This document shows, piece after piece, positions 30,018 to 40,159 of a stretch of DNA of 64,000 bases. Position numbers and translations under genes: made by a program. The notes under the pieces are model-generated. The model had not been told where the DNA came from. It ran no database searches and was given only the letters and a program-made list of their open reading frames with translations. Origin of the DNA: Candidatus Bathyarchaeota archaeon (GTDB taxonomy: Archaea; Thermoproteota; Bathyarchaeia; Bathyarchaeales; Bathycorpusculaceae); the NCBI GenBank assembly GCA_963767735.1, contig CAVYES010000004.1, positions 128,001 through 192,000 of the forward strand, written 5' to 3'. Position 1 is the stretch's first letter; the number at the start of each line of letters is the position of its first letter.

Positions 30018-30404
30018 TTATGCTGGTGGACCTGCTGCAGGAGGTTGAGCCGTTGGAGTAGCAGATTGAGGAGTAGTATCAGTGGCTGGAGCTTGTGCGG
30101 GCTCTAAATCAGCAAGAACTGCTAATGCAGTATTATACGCTAAGTCACCTGCAGCCCAGCCTGCTAAGAGCGCAGTCACTAAGAAAGCCATAGTTAAACC
30201 TGTAATTGCAGAAGGCAGAGTTATGCTTGTCATGGTCTGAGAAGCGATGTAAAGAACTGCACCTATAGCTATAATCAAAGCAATAAGGTGTGCTTTGTTA
30301 AAGAAATTATAGTTACCAAGTTGCTGTCCTTTACTATACAGCTTCACGAGAGCACCAACAACTATGCAAATATAAACAGCTAATTGAATTATCGATATAT
30401 CCAT
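30018..30404 (-). CDS. Three-TM membrane protein (holin-like candidate)
   Basis: Hydrophobic helices and Pro/Ala tail; GAGGGGGTGA SD. Confidence 0.5.
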   Translation of the reverse strand: MDISIIQLAVYICIVVGALVKLYSKGQQLGNYNFFNKAHLIALIIAIGAVLYIASQTMTSITLPSAITGLTMAFLVTALLAGWAAGDLAYNTALAVLADLEPAQAPATDTTPQSATPTAQPPAAGPPA

Positions 30405-30583
30405 ATATTCACCCCCTCTAAAAACCTGTTTTTGCCCGCTTCTCCAAGCTAGAAATCAGAATGCAAAAACTGAATTTCATAAACACTAAAGCGGGCCAAT
30501 GTTTTTAACCTGGCGACGCCGGCTTTACGGTCTCAAACTTAAAAGATTGAGGCAGACAAAAGTATCTAATTTTACTAGTTTGT

Positions 30584-31486
30584 TTAACTTGTTGCGAGAC
30601 CTGTGATTGCGGCTAGGCACTGGGCGTTAGTAACTACTGGGGCATATCTTGTTGTTAGAATTGGCTTCACGACTTCTTTGCTTTTGATCAGTTCTACATC
30701 GGTTGTCAAAGGTCTACGCACTAGGAAATATCCCATTGGTGCGTAAGCAGCTGAAAGGTTCTTGCCTGTAGATATGCAGTATATTGTGCCTGCGGGTACG
30801 ACGTTGCTCCAGCAAAGTTCCCATTCGCCAAGCATCTGAATCGGCTTCTGGGTGATCGGCGATATCTCATCACGGTACAAGCTGTAGTTAGGTAGGTTCT
30901 TGATGTCACGCTTCTGAATCGGATTGCAAAGTATTGTATCCATCAAAAAGTCGCCAGCATTGATCAAAGCCTCAGCAGCGTTGAAGTCTTCCATACCTGC
31001 AGTGTTTGCCGCTGTGAAAACGGTGCCCGTGACGGTTACGGTTTTTCCTGTGCCCGCAAAACTATTAGTGCCCAAAGACGTAATCGCATTGCCAATAACA
31101 GTTATGCAGTCAAGCTCAATCTGGAAGGCTAAACGTCTAGCAAGTCTTTTTAGTTGTTGATTAATCACTGGCAAATCAACGTCTTCCACGACTTCTTTAG
31201 GAATTTCAACAGCTTCGCCGCGTTTGTAGGGGCTAACGGTCGCGTATTTGTATGGTGTGAAATCAACTGGAACCGCAGAGCCTGGAGCAACTTCACTGAT
31301 CCCCACACTATGAGAACCGTTCTCTATTGGGTAAGTCTTCGTTCGCCCACGCTTCAAAACATCATCAGTAAACAAGCGTTTCGCAATTAAGTTTGGCATA
31401 GTCATTTCAATGATAACCTGGTTCAACTCGGGGTATTGAATGGCAGCTGAATCAACAAAAGTTAAAGCATCTTCATTAAAGCTCAT
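30584..31486 (-). CDS. HK97-fold major capsid protein
   Basis: SEVAPGSAVP, KRGEAVEIPKEVVED, ILCNP, VPAGTIY motifs. Confidence 0.9.
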   Translation of the reverse strand: MSFNEDALTFVDSAAIQYPELNQVIIEMTMPNLIAKRLFTDDVLKRGRTKTYPIENGSHSVGISEVAPGSAVPVDFTPYKYATVSPYKRGEAVEIPKEVVEDVDLPVINQQLKRLARRLAFQIELDCITVIGNAITSLGTNSFAGTGKTVTVTGTVFTAANTAGMEDFNAAEALINAGDFLMDTILCNPIQKRDIKNLPNYSLYRDEISPITQKPIQMLGEWELCWSNVVPAGTIYCISTGKNLSAAYAPMGYFLVRRPLTTDVELIKSKEVVKPILTTRYAPVVTNAQCLAAITGLATS

Positions 31487-31543
31487 AGTTCTTTTTTTCC
31501 TCCCTCTTCCTTTTTACTATTTATTTTGGGTTTTTGCTTCGGT

Positions 31544-32014
31544 TTATCCGAATATTATTTGCACCAGCGCATTGTTAGCTCCGCCAACGGCCACAACCCC
31601 TCTCCGACCCATCTGAGCATTAATGGCAGCTATTGTTAACGTCAATGGAAAGCTTGTGTCAAGAGCAGTTAAAGCTGCCAAGTTTGTAATGCCACCGTTT
31701 CCTGAAGTGATTACTTGGCCTGCCGTGAGAGCTCCGCCGGAAGTGTTTTTGCATCGTATCCTATGCCCGAAAACGTAGACGTTTAGCAGCTTATTGCCAA
31801 AACTATCCGTTGGAATAATTGATTGTACAAAGCCAACGAACGCGGGGTTTTCTCCTGTGCATAAGCTAACTGCTGGAGTGAAGCCGTTGTCACTGGAAAT
31901 GTAAACGGGATCGCCTACGGCAGGATTCGTATAGCCTGTGTCTGCGCGGAAAGTCTGCTCGAGATCTGGAATAACCTTAGGCCCGACACCATCAAATGCT
32001 TGTCCTTGCGACAT
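31544..32014 (-). CDS. Capsid cement/decoration protein
   Basis: Between protease and MCP; VGDPVYIS and ALTAGQVI. Confidence 0.65.
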   Translation of the reverse strand: MSQGQAFDGVGPKVIPDLEQTFRADTGYTNPAVGDPVYISSDNGFTPAVSLCTGENPAFVGFVQSIIPTDSFGNKLLNVYVFGHRIRCKNTSGGALTAGQVITSGNGGITNLAALTALDTSFPLTLTIAAINAQMGRRGVVAVGGANNALVQIIFG

Positions 32015-33084
32015 TATGCTTCCTCCTCTTCTGCAGGCTGTGTTAGATCTGCAGTTAAGCCGCCCATACGCTTCGCAGCTGCAGCCAATTCAAGGCCTGC
32101 ACTTCTCAGATTGCCTTTTTTAGCGAAAATGTTGTTTAATCGTTGAGCATCATCAATTGGCAAAGATGCGTTGAAGTTTCCCACTTGCCCTTTGCCTGTG
32201 GGCTTAGGCTTAGGTATCGCTGCCGCCACTGCGGCTTTAACGTCCGATTCCACTTTTGCCTCAAGTTTCTTAGTTGACTCCGCAATTGCCGCTTTGCAAG
32301 CATCCATAATTTGTGTTGTGTTCTTTGTCAATGCGTCTTCAAATTGTTGATAGGTCAATTCTGTGCCTGCTTTGGCTGGAGCTTCTGGTGCTACTGGTGC
32401 TTCTACTGGTTTTTCTGCACTCATTTTTTGGTTTTCTCCTGTTTTGTTTAGTTGGTTTAGTCCGTGATAGTCGGACTGTACCTGTGACTTCAGCGACTTG
32501 ATGCCGCATGGACACTTCGCCTTATCCGCGCATTCGCATACAGAAGCGACCAGTGCTTTGCGCTGCGATTCATCCATAGCCGCGGCGAACCCTTTCAAAT
32601 GAAAAATGTTATTTTCATACGCGCCCTCAGCAACGATGCTCAGCTCGACGCAACGGGGTTTATGCACGATCTCCCAAGCACCTGCGCACAAGTGAACCAT
32701 TGCCATGTTAGCATCCCGCGTCTTGCCCTGGCACAAACTACAAACAATATCATCCGAGACAACTTTGGGGCTAACCACACGCAAATACTTCTTTTCAATC
32801 TGAGTCAAAAGCACTGGGTCACCGGATACTTCGGCCTCAAAAAAGACGATATCGCCCAAACGCTTAGTCTTAGTAACTAAACCCTTAATTGCTTCAATTT
32901 TTTCGTCGTGATTAATCCGAACCTGTGCATCCTTAAGAGTAGAAGCGAAATAATCCAGGTCTTCATCCGGAACTTGCCAACGATTCTTGTTAACTGATGA
33001 ATCAATTGCCTGGCCTTCAATGATGCCTGTTTTCCTTAAGTCATCAAGGCTAGCTTTAACGTCAACGTCATAGAGCAATTCCAA
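32014..33084 (-). CDS. Prohead protease-scaffold fusion
   Basis: NKNRW, RINHD, VS, CSLC, ELSIV..GA, followed by an Ala/Lys-rich coiled coil. Confidence 0.8.
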   Translation of the reverse strand: MELLYDVDVKASLDDLRKTGIIEGQAIDSSVNKNRWQVPDEDLDYFASTLKDAQVRINHDEKIEAIKGLVTKTKRLGDIVFFEAEVSGDPVLLTQIEKKYLRVVSPKVVSDDIVCSLCQGKTRDANMAMVHLCAGAWEIVHKPRCVELSIVAEGAYENNIFHLKGFAAAMDESQRKALVASVCECADKAKCPCGIKSLKSQVQSDYHGLNQLNKTGENQKMSAEKPVEAPVAPEAPAKAGTELTYQQFEDALTKNTTQIMDACKAAIAESTKKLEAKVESDVKAAVAAAIPKPKPTGKGQVGNFNASLPIDDAQRLNNIFAKKGNLRSAGLELAAAAKRMGGLTADLTQPAEEEEA

Positions 33085-33109
33085 GTTTGATTCGCCACAC
33101 TAATTTTCT

Positions 33110-33424
33110 TTAACTTTTTTGATAATCCGACTGCTTGACACAATAGCACAAGCAGTTTGGGTGAACGTTGCAGGCGAAAGTGTCATCGGCTACAAAGACT
33201 CCGTATGGAAAAATATCCAGCAAATCGTCAGGGTCCTCAAGCTCGTATGTGTCGCCGCTATAATCGTCGCATTTTTTGCAAGTGTTAGGATTGCCTGAGT
33301 TAACGAACAGCCATGTTGAAAATTTTATGTTAGGATCCACAACAGCGGCTTGGAAGCTTTTAACTGCCATAATCGCGTTAACTACGTTCGGATACATCTC
33401 CAGCATGAGCCTTCCGTTTTTCAC
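33110..33424 (-). CDS. Minor head protein (SPP1 gp7/Mu gpF C-terminal-like)
   Basis: TCKKC...HPNCLC. Confidence 0.7.
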   Translation of the reverse strand: MKNGRLMLEMYPNVVNAIMAVKSFQAAVVDPNIKFSTWLFVNSGNPNTCKKCDDYSGDTYELEDPDDLLDIFPYGVFVADDTFACNVHPNCLCYCVKQSDYQKS

Positions 33425-33515
33425 AATTTGATGCCTTGGTTAAGAAACTTTGACTAAACTTGGTCAAGAAACTTTTACGAATAGACTTTTATCGCTAACT
33501 ATTTAATTATTATTT

Positions 33516-34982
33516 ATGCGTAAAATAAGCAGAAATATTTCATGGAGCCTCTTATTGCCATTAGTCATGCTGAGCCTAATTAGTCCGATGCCGAAAGTGA
33601 TGGCTCAAAGTGGCACAAACGTGAGCTATATAATCAGCACAGATACTACTTGGACCCAGGGAAACAGTCCATACAATTTTACAGGAAATGTCCTTATCCC
33701 CACTGGCGTTACCTTAACAATAGGCAATGGTGCCACCGTTGACCTCAACAGCTATTACCTAGAAGTTAACGGTACACTAATTATTCAACCAGGTGCAACC
33801 ATTAACATTGGGCTCATAGGAGATGGCATAGATGTTTATGGCACTATGTCCACCGAAGGCACAAGCGCAAATCCAATTCAAATAATTGGCAGCGTGCAAG
33901 GTCACATTTCTTTTGACGCCTATTCCGCTGTTTGGTTCTATTCCACCAGTACTAGCTGGGACCCACAGACAAACTCCGGCTCCCTCATAGAGAACACCAT
34001 TTTTAGCCAGACAGGATTGGAAGTGCAGAGCGGAACAAGAATTATTAACAGCACTTTCCTAAGTGGAGGATTAACGGTAGAAAGCGCCTCACCCACAATC
34101 GTAAACAATGACATTACAAATGGTCTGAGCGTTATTCAAAACCCTAACATCCCAAACAACGCCACTGCAATACAGCCTGAAATTTCAAACAATACCATTG
34201 CCGGAGGCCTCTATCTCGACGCAGGCGGCGGGGTAGTAAACGACAACACTATCACCGGCGGAAGCAGTGGCGCGTTGTTTTTAAGCGACGAGTACGGAGA
34301 CCCTGTTTCCACCGTTGTCCTCCGAAATCTTATAAACAACAGTCCTATCGGAATTTCTTGCTACATACAAAGCTCCTACAACAATGAAGCAATTATCGAG
34401 AACAATACAGTCACCAATAATACGGTAGGCGTTCAGATAGGAAGCACAAACGTGTCATCCATAATTAACAATAACATTTACGGAAATTCATACAACGCAA
34501 AACTCTCTGGAGTATCATCACAAATTAGTTTACCGAATAATTGGTGGGGAACTACCGATGTTCAAGCAATCAACCAAACAATGTACGACTTCAAATACGA
34601 CTTCACGCTTGGCACAATAAACTTTTTACCCATTTTAACCGCCTCAAATCCCCAAGCCCTACCTAACCCGACTGCACCAACAACAACACCTGCTCCCACT
34701 TCAAGCCCGACACCGGCCCCAGCAACACCAACTCCGACGCCAACCCAAGCACCAACACCTTTGCAGACAGCAACTTCGATCCCAACATCAACATCAACCC
34801 CAAGTTCTACGCAATCCCCAACTTCAACACCTGCAGTTCCAGAGTTTCCATCATTAATTGTAATTCTGACGTTATTGATTGCAGTATCCATATCCTTTGC
34901 AGTTATGGTGTTAAGGCAGTCAAGACAGAGCTCGCACAAGATACGAAGCCCCATTACCCGCCTTAACCAATTTCAAAGGTAA
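33516..34982 (+). CDS. Secreted parallel beta-helix surface protein with PT linker and PEF-CTERM anchor, antisense cargo
   Basis: DTTWTQGNSPY, NNWWG, VPEFPS plus TM helix. Confidence 0.85.
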   Translation: MRKISRNISWSLLLPLVMLSLISPMPKVMAQSGTNVSYIISTDTTWTQGNSPYNFTGNVLIPTGVTLTIGNGATVDLNSYYLEVNGTLIIQPGATINIGLIGDGIDVYGTMSTEGTSANPIQIIGSVQGHISFDAYSAVWFYSTSTSWDPQTNSGSLIENTIFSQTGLEVQSGTRIINSTFLSGGLTVESASPTIVNNDITNGLSVIQNPNIPNNATAIQPEISNNTIAGGLYLDAGGGVVNDNTITGGSSGALFLSDEYGDPVSTVVLRNLINNSPIGISCYIQSSYNNEAIIENNTVTNNTVGVQIGSTNVSSIINNNIYGNSYNAKLSGVSSQISLPNNWWGTTDVQAINQTMYDFKYDFTLGTINFLPILTASNPQALPNPTAPTTTPAPTSSPTPAPATPTPTPTQAPTPLQTATSIPTSTSTPSSTQSPTSTPAVPEFPSLIVILTLLIAVSISFAVMVLRQSRQSSHKIRSPITRLNQFQR

Positions 34983-36386
34983 CTTACCTGGAACTTTTTG
35001 CGGTTCTTTCGGTACATCAAAACGGTTAAGCGAATCATCCTGGCCTTGCGGAGGTTCTTGTGGCGTCGTTGGCTGCTGAGGCTGAGACTTCAAGTTGCCC
35101 TTAATCGTTTCTGACATACCGAGTTCAGCACGGGCTTCCACGTCGCCCATCAACATGTTATTGTACAAGTCGATAACACGTGACATCTTGATGTCCGTTG
35201 GAGGCTCCCAAATTGGCTTCCACTTAATCTTAGGAATCTTATCGGGGACAATCAGGCTGTCTGGGAAGTCTCCGCGTAAAATCAGTGGGAACAGTTGTGT
35301 TTCATAAACGCCACTCCGGTGCTTTTGGCGCATGCGCAGCCGAGTGACGAATTCTTGCATAACAATATCGGCAGTGGCACGGTTTGCGCCCTCGCTTTCT
35401 CCGAGAAAAATCTTGGGAACTCCAAGCTGAGAATCCCTTTGGCGTTCCAGATATTCAATCCACCACTCAGCCTTCAAGTCCTTAGTCATTGAGGCCTGCG
35501 GGTTGACCTTGACGTCTCCTCTTACCGTCAGATCGGTGCCTTGATCACGTATAGCAACTTCAGTGGAGAGCGCTTGGATACGTTCGTCACTCCAAGGCAA
35601 AGGCTCACCGGGGCGACCATCTCCGCCGCATTGGAGCACAAGCATGGGCTTGGTGTAAATCTTCATGATTTTAGCCATGTCAACTTGAAAATCATCAATC
35701 AATGCTTGAACATGCAAAATGGATCGCAAAGAAGAAGTACCATAAGCATTTTCAAACTGCCAAGACTTAACCCCGTTTAAAGTCCGATAAATTTCTTCAG
35801 GATCAAAAACAACAGGCGGGTAAGAACTAAGCTGCACATAGCCAAAAATGTTCTTGTAGCAATCCTGCCGCACACGCATATAGCACGGATCAAGCGTTTT
35901 CAGCCACTCGACACGACTTGAATCCTCATCCATACAGGGCTCGGTATAACTGGTGCCAAACACTAGCGCGTCAGTTTCTTCACTGCGCATAGTGGAAAGT
36001 AAATCATGCGACTCAATCCACTCCTCCAAAAAATTCCTAAAAGTTGACGTGCCCCCTTCAAGAACTAGACCGTTTGAAATTTCAAGATTTACCTTAACAT
36101 CAACTGAAGATTGGATACGAGGAACAAACGAGTACAAGGCCTTATATTTTGGCAAATCCTCGACCGGATTAACTCCCCAAATGCGGTCCCAAATAGACGT
36201 ATACGGACTGCTGACAAAGCCTATGCCAGCCGCTTTCAAACTATAATTATTAACATACTGCATCAAGCTCCAGTCGCCACGCCAGGCAACAGGAACCTCA
36301 CGCTCACGCTGCTCTACAGCTACCTCATTAGGTACATTACGCAGGGAATTGGGCATCGTTAACGACAAATCTTTCCTTAGCGGCAA
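34920..36386 (-). CDS. Portal protein
   Basis: ALVFGTSY, YGTSSL, LGVPKIFLG..NRATA motifs. Confidence 0.9.
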   Translation of the reverse strand: MPLRKDLSLTMPNSLRNVPNEVAVEQREREVPVAWRGDWSLMQYVNNYSLKAAGIGFVSSPYTSIWDRIWGVNPVEDLPKYKALYSFVPRIQSSVDVKVNLEISNGLVLEGGTSTFRNFLEEWIESHDLLSTMRSEETDALVFGTSYTEPCMDEDSSRVEWLKTLDPCYMRVRQDCYKNIFGYVQLSSYPPVVFDPEEIYRTLNGVKSWQFENAYGTSSLRSILHVQALIDDFQVDMAKIMKIYTKPMLVLQCGGDGRPGEPLPWSDERIQALSTEVAIRDQGTDLTVRGDVKVNPQASMTKDLKAEWWIEYLERQRDSQLGVPKIFLGESEGANRATADIVMQEFVTRLRMRQKHRSGVYETQLFPLILRGDFPDSLIVPDKIPKIKWKPIWEPPTDIKMSRVIDLYNNMLMGDVEARAELGMSETIKGNLKSQPQQPTTPQEPPQGQDDSLNRFDVPKEPQKVPGKLPLKLVKAGNGASYLVRALS

Positions 36387-36398
36387 CGGCGGTTTCCC

Positions 36399-36605
36399 CT
36401 ACGATTTTTTCTCCTCTGTTTTCTTTTCAACTTTGTTTTCTTCAATGTCAGCTGTTATTTGTAGTTCATCCAAAACAACATCCCGCATTAGGTCTACGCC
36501 GTTGATTTTCAGATGCAGCATGCCCATACGCACATTGGCAACTTCAATCCCAAGAACCCGAACAACTTCATCACGGGCACTTGCAAACAGCAAAGTTTTT
36601 TCCAT
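36399..36605 (-). CDS. Hypothetical viral protein
   Basis: TAATG coupling to TerL. Confidence 0.6.
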   Translation of the reverse strand: MEKTLLFASARDEVVRVLGIEVANVRMGMLHLKINGVDLMRDVVLDELQITADIEENKVEKKTEEKKS

Positions 36606-38035
36606 TAATCTTCACTTTCAAACGTTTTTTTCTTTATCACTGCCATGCCGACTCCTGGAATAGGTAACGGCGACTTTACAGAACATAGAACAGCCAACGA
36701 AGTGCTCCAGAAAACATCATCGTGCCCTCCTTCGGGATGACTAAAGCGCAAATGTCCTGTCTTCATGAGTTCAAACTTTTCAATATTCAATTCCGCTGTA
36801 AGATCAATATCGGCTATTTTTCTCGTCGGAACATATGGGATCTTTACTTCGCCATTGCGCATCTTTTCTCTTAGAATCGTCGCCATCTCTTCTTTAGAAT
36901 TGATTGTGAAATTTACCCCAGTTACGCCTTGGATCCCGCTGCGAACCATATCTTCAACAATATAGTTTCCAACTCCTGTGACGTCGGCACGCACTGCTCG
37001 AACTATTTTCCAGCGATCTTGCAGGCTCCTGATATAACCTATGACGCTTGCATACTCGGTATGCAACGGAAAGCGATGAACATGAACCACTCTCAGCATT
37101 GACCCTTGCTTCTCAACCACCAACACAACACTGAAATCATGTTCCTTGCCAAAATCAACACCCACATAAAACTCGCCATTCGGTTGGGCTTGAAAATCAT
37201 AAAATGCAAGTTGACCATCAATGCAACTGACGATAAGGCTCTGTGTTAACCATGCATCAATATCCTCGACGAATTCAGACATGAACTCCCGCTGAAAACG
37301 CTCAAATGGCAACTGGCTTCGCATCTCATCGATAAAACTCTGCTTAACCAAACCACTCCGGACAACATCCTCGCATGTTACAGTGTGCTTGCTGAATTCT
37401 GGCGCTTGGCACATACGGTAGAAAACACTGTCTTTACTCCATGGAGTGCTACTAGCAATTAAGGTGCCATCGGTAGTTGACAGCATAGGGTAGAGTACGT
37501 TGTAGAAGACCAGTCTATCATCTTTAAAGAATCCTGATTCATCAGTGATAACTTGGGACGCTGTGTAGCCACGAAGCAACTGGGGACTATTAGGCAAAGC
37601 AACAATACGACTTCCATTCTTAAAACGGATTGTTGTACGTTGCATCCTATCAACAAGCTCCACGCTTTTACATTTTGATAAGCTTGAAAGAAAGTCTTGA
37701 ATGCGATCACTCATAATCATGCTCTGTCGCAACGTTGGCGCAACAATTAGAGTTACCGTTTTAGGATACTTGCATGCAAACCAGATAGCCCTCAAAGCTA
37801 TACATGTGGTTTTTCCAGCTTGTCTACTCCAACGAACAACAATGCGCTTACTCGTGTCCCGGAGGAGCCCAGCTTGGTACACCTTTGGGTCGAAACCAAA
37901 GAAGGCTTGCGCAAAAGCAACAGGATCATCGGGAATCACTAATTCTTTCGGAAGCTGTTTTGCTCCTTCCAGGTTTTTCTTCCTCAACTCGATCATCCTT
38001 TCTACATTGTTCAGTTTGGAACTCACCGATCTCAT
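36605..38035 (-). CDS. terL: Terminase large subunit
   Basis: Walker A SRQAGKT, Walker B ITDE, nuclease GVDFG and HDD. Confidence 0.95.
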   Translation of the reverse strand: MRSVSSKLNNVERMIELRKKNLEGAKQLPKELVIPDDPVAFAQAFFGFDPKVYQAGLLRDTSKRIVVRWSRQAGKTTCIALRAIWFACKYPKTVTLIVAPTLRQSMIMSDRIQDFLSSLSKCKSVELVDRMQRTTIRFKNGSRIVALPNSPQLLRGYTASQVITDESGFFKDDRLVFYNVLYPMLSTTDGTLIASSTPWSKDSVFYRMCQAPEFSKHTVTCEDVVRSGLVKQSFIDEMRSQLPFERFQREFMSEFVEDIDAWLTQSLIVSCIDGQLAFYDFQAQPNGEFYVGVDFGKEHDFSVVLVVEKQGSMLRVVHVHRFPLHTEYASVIGYIRSLQDRWKIVRAVRADVTGVGNYIVEDMVRSGIQGVTGVNFTINSKEEMATILREKMRNGEVKIPYVPTRKIADIDLTAELNIEKFELMKTGHLRFSHPEGGHDDVFWSTSLAVLCSVKSPLPIPGVGMAVIKKKTFESED

Positions 38036-38354
38036 CGACTAGTCGCTCCAACTTCGCTAAATCCTCATTAAACTGGCGTTCATCAAATCCTTTTGCCAAG
38101 TTACCCATTGCCAAAGCAACATGGGCGGCTACATGACCCCACATCTGCCGCTGTTGTAAGTGAATCGGTTTCTCATCTTCGCCGATTTTTTGTTCGACTG
38201 GCTCACCTTTTGCGATGGAACTGGCCAACGTAAATAATGCTTCCAACTGATCCATTGTTCTCTTTCTAAGTTGCTGGGTATTATAGTCCACTTCTCTATG
38301 GAGAAAAAAAATACGTCTTTCAACCAAAACTGTGTAGCTTGGTTTGTGTCTCAT
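37926..38354 (-). CDS. Putative terminase small subunit
   Basis: Helical protein overlapping the TerL start. Confidence 0.5.
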   Translation of the reverse strand: MRHKPSYTVLVERRIFFLHREVDYNTQQLRKRTMDQLEALFTLASSIAKGEPVEQKIGEDEKPIHLQQRQMWGHVAAHVALAMGNLAKGFDERQFNEDLAKLERLVDEIGEFQTEQCRKDDRVEEEKPGRSKTASERISDSR

Positions 38355-38355
38355 T

Positions 38356-38676
38356 TTACTCCTCCAAAATTTTTGTTCGGCTTATTAACTTGACTTCACT
38401 AGGGTTTTCTTCTATTTGTAAACTTCCTCTTCCGTATGAATCAATTAGCACTTCGCCTTTTTCAACATCAGGCACAAGATGAACCTCAATAGGATCTTTA
38501 AACTGCCCTAACACTTCTAAACGAGTAGTTCGGGAGATAACTTCAGCTAATTTCTTATCATGGAAACTGTCATGAAGGATAATTTTCCGTATTTTTGCAG
38601 CCTGCACTTTCAAAATATTTTTCTTATGCATAATATCCCCTATGGGCCACTCTTTAGGCGGCGAGGTGAAACCCAA
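38356..38676 (-). CDS. Hypothetical protein
   Basis: Abuts the putative TerS. Confidence 0.5.
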   Translation of the reverse strand: MGFTSPPKEWPIGDIMHKKNILKVQAAKIRKIILHDSFHDKKLAEVISRTTRLEVLGQFKDPIEVHLVPDVEKGEVLIDSYGRGSLQIEENPSEVKLISRTKILEE

Positions 38677-38861
38677 GGACGCTTTAACAAGCGTGCCTTA
38701 AGCTCCATCTCTCTCTATATTGTTAAAAGTTAAAGGAATTCTGGCACACCCAAAGTACAGTGGACGTAACGGGCAGTAACGAAGTGCACTATACTTTATT
38801 ACACTTCTGAAAGTTATGTGTTAAAAAAGGGACATATTGCCTCATTCTGGAAATAATAATT

Positions 38862-39434
38862 TCATGCGATTTTCTTTTCTGTGAGCATTTCAAAGAAAAG
38901 AGTCAACGTGGCCAGCTCAATTATCAATGTACTTTCATCTGCTTCTTTGACGAAAATGTCTAAGTCCAGCTGATTCAGGAATAGAGAGACATACGCTCTT
39001 GTAGTGGGTTGAAAGAGCGTAACTTGAATACCTTGTATAGCATGTTTAAAGCCTGCTTTTTCTAGGAAACCCTGTTTCTCCAGGGCTTTTACTCTGCGAT
39101 TGACATTGGTGTACTTAGTATTGGTCAATCCTTTCAGTTGCCTCACCGTTTTTGCTATATCGTAGATTGTCTGAGGACTATTTTGGGTTATGATAATCAG
39201 GATAGCATGATTTAATTTGGTTTCTCTTCCTTTGAAAACGCTAAGCTTTGCGTATTTGCTCTTCTTGCGAGACAAATTTTTGGTTTTTACTCCTTTTCTA
39301 AAAGTTATGTTTTGTGGGTTTAGGGGGTCGGTGTTTGCAGAACCTTGTACGGATTCTGACTTACAATTGCAGGAACCGGAGCTCTCACGAAGGACAGCGT
39401 TAGGAGACGAAACCTCTGATGTAAGTCCAACCAT
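38862..39434 (-). CDS. Winged HTH DNA-binding protein
   Basis: SVFKGRETKLN..TIYDI..VNRRVKALEKQGFL; paralog of 40160..40540. Confidence 0.7.
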   Translation of the reverse strand: MVGLTSEVSSPNAVLRESSGSCNCKSESVQGSANTDPLNPQNITFRKGVKTKNLSRKKSKYAKLSVFKGRETKLNHAILIIITQNSPQTIYDIAKTVRQLKGLTNTKYTNVNRRVKALEKQGFLEKAGFKHAIQGIQVTLFQPTTRAYVSLFLNQLDLDIFVKEADESTLIIELATLTLFFEMLTEKKIA

Positions 39435-39461
39435 TCCCTCCCATCCCTCTTAAACTGTCCA

Positions 39462-39824
39462 TTAGAGACTTATTGCCCTGTAGCATAGTGAAGAAAAGAG
39501 GACGATTTTGCCTTCCACGTAGCGCTTGTATAGTCCAGGGTGTTCTTCTCTGAATAATTCTTCAGCATTTTTGTTTTCAAATACAGGTAAAGCATAAGCG
39601 CCGATGTTGTCTAAGTCAAATTGGCAGAAGGGAACTCCGATCCTGTTAGTGCCATCAGCTAAAAAGAGGTAGCTAGTAACACCCGCTGACGGTTTGCCAC
39701 AGACAATGCAGGGCGTTCTGCCTTTCATGTATGGCCCCCTTTTGGCACGAGCCTTCGTTTTTGGAACTTGAGAAGTGTCAGTCATATAGTTGCCTCGGAG
39801 GCTATTTGAAAAATTCTTCATCAC
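39462..39824 (-). CDS. Hypothetical protein with CxxC
   Basis: CIVCGK..PFC; probable start at 39785. Confidence 0.55.
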   Translation of the reverse strand: MMKNFSNSLRGNYMTDTSQVPKTKARAKRGPYMKGRTPCIVCGKPSAGVTSYLFLADGTNRIGVPFCQFDLDNIGAYALPVFENKNAEELFREEHPGLYKRYVEGKIVLFSSLCYRAISL

Positions 39825-40089
39825 GGACGTGCTCGCTTATCTGGATGAAGCAGCGTTTTTTGCAGAAATCAAGGATCTTTAATAGCGTTGGGTCGTCGCC
39901 TGCATTGAATTCTTTCTTGAAGCCGACTCTTCCAGTTTGTACTCTTACCTCAATGGTTCCATCGTTGCCAAGGAGCTGGTAGAAACCAAGTTTTTCCCCA
40001 GCATATTCCGCGAGGACATCCCAGTCCTCAATTAAATTTACCAATTTGTTGTCACCTTCCATGACTTGCAGGCTAAGCATAAAAAGCAT
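39802..40089 (-). CDS. Hypothetical protein
   Basis: Protein-like ORF in the early cluster. Confidence 0.55.
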   Translation of the reverse strand: MLFMLSLQVMEGDNKLVNLIEDWDVLAEYAGEKLGFYQLLGNDGTIEVRVQTGRVGFKKEFNAGDDPTLLKILDFCKKRCFIQISEHVRDEEFFK

Positions 40090-40159
40090 CTATCGCTGCA
40101 AAGCCATGATGGCTTTGTGAGGGGTTACAAAGCCACTATTTCTTTAAAAGACATATCTG

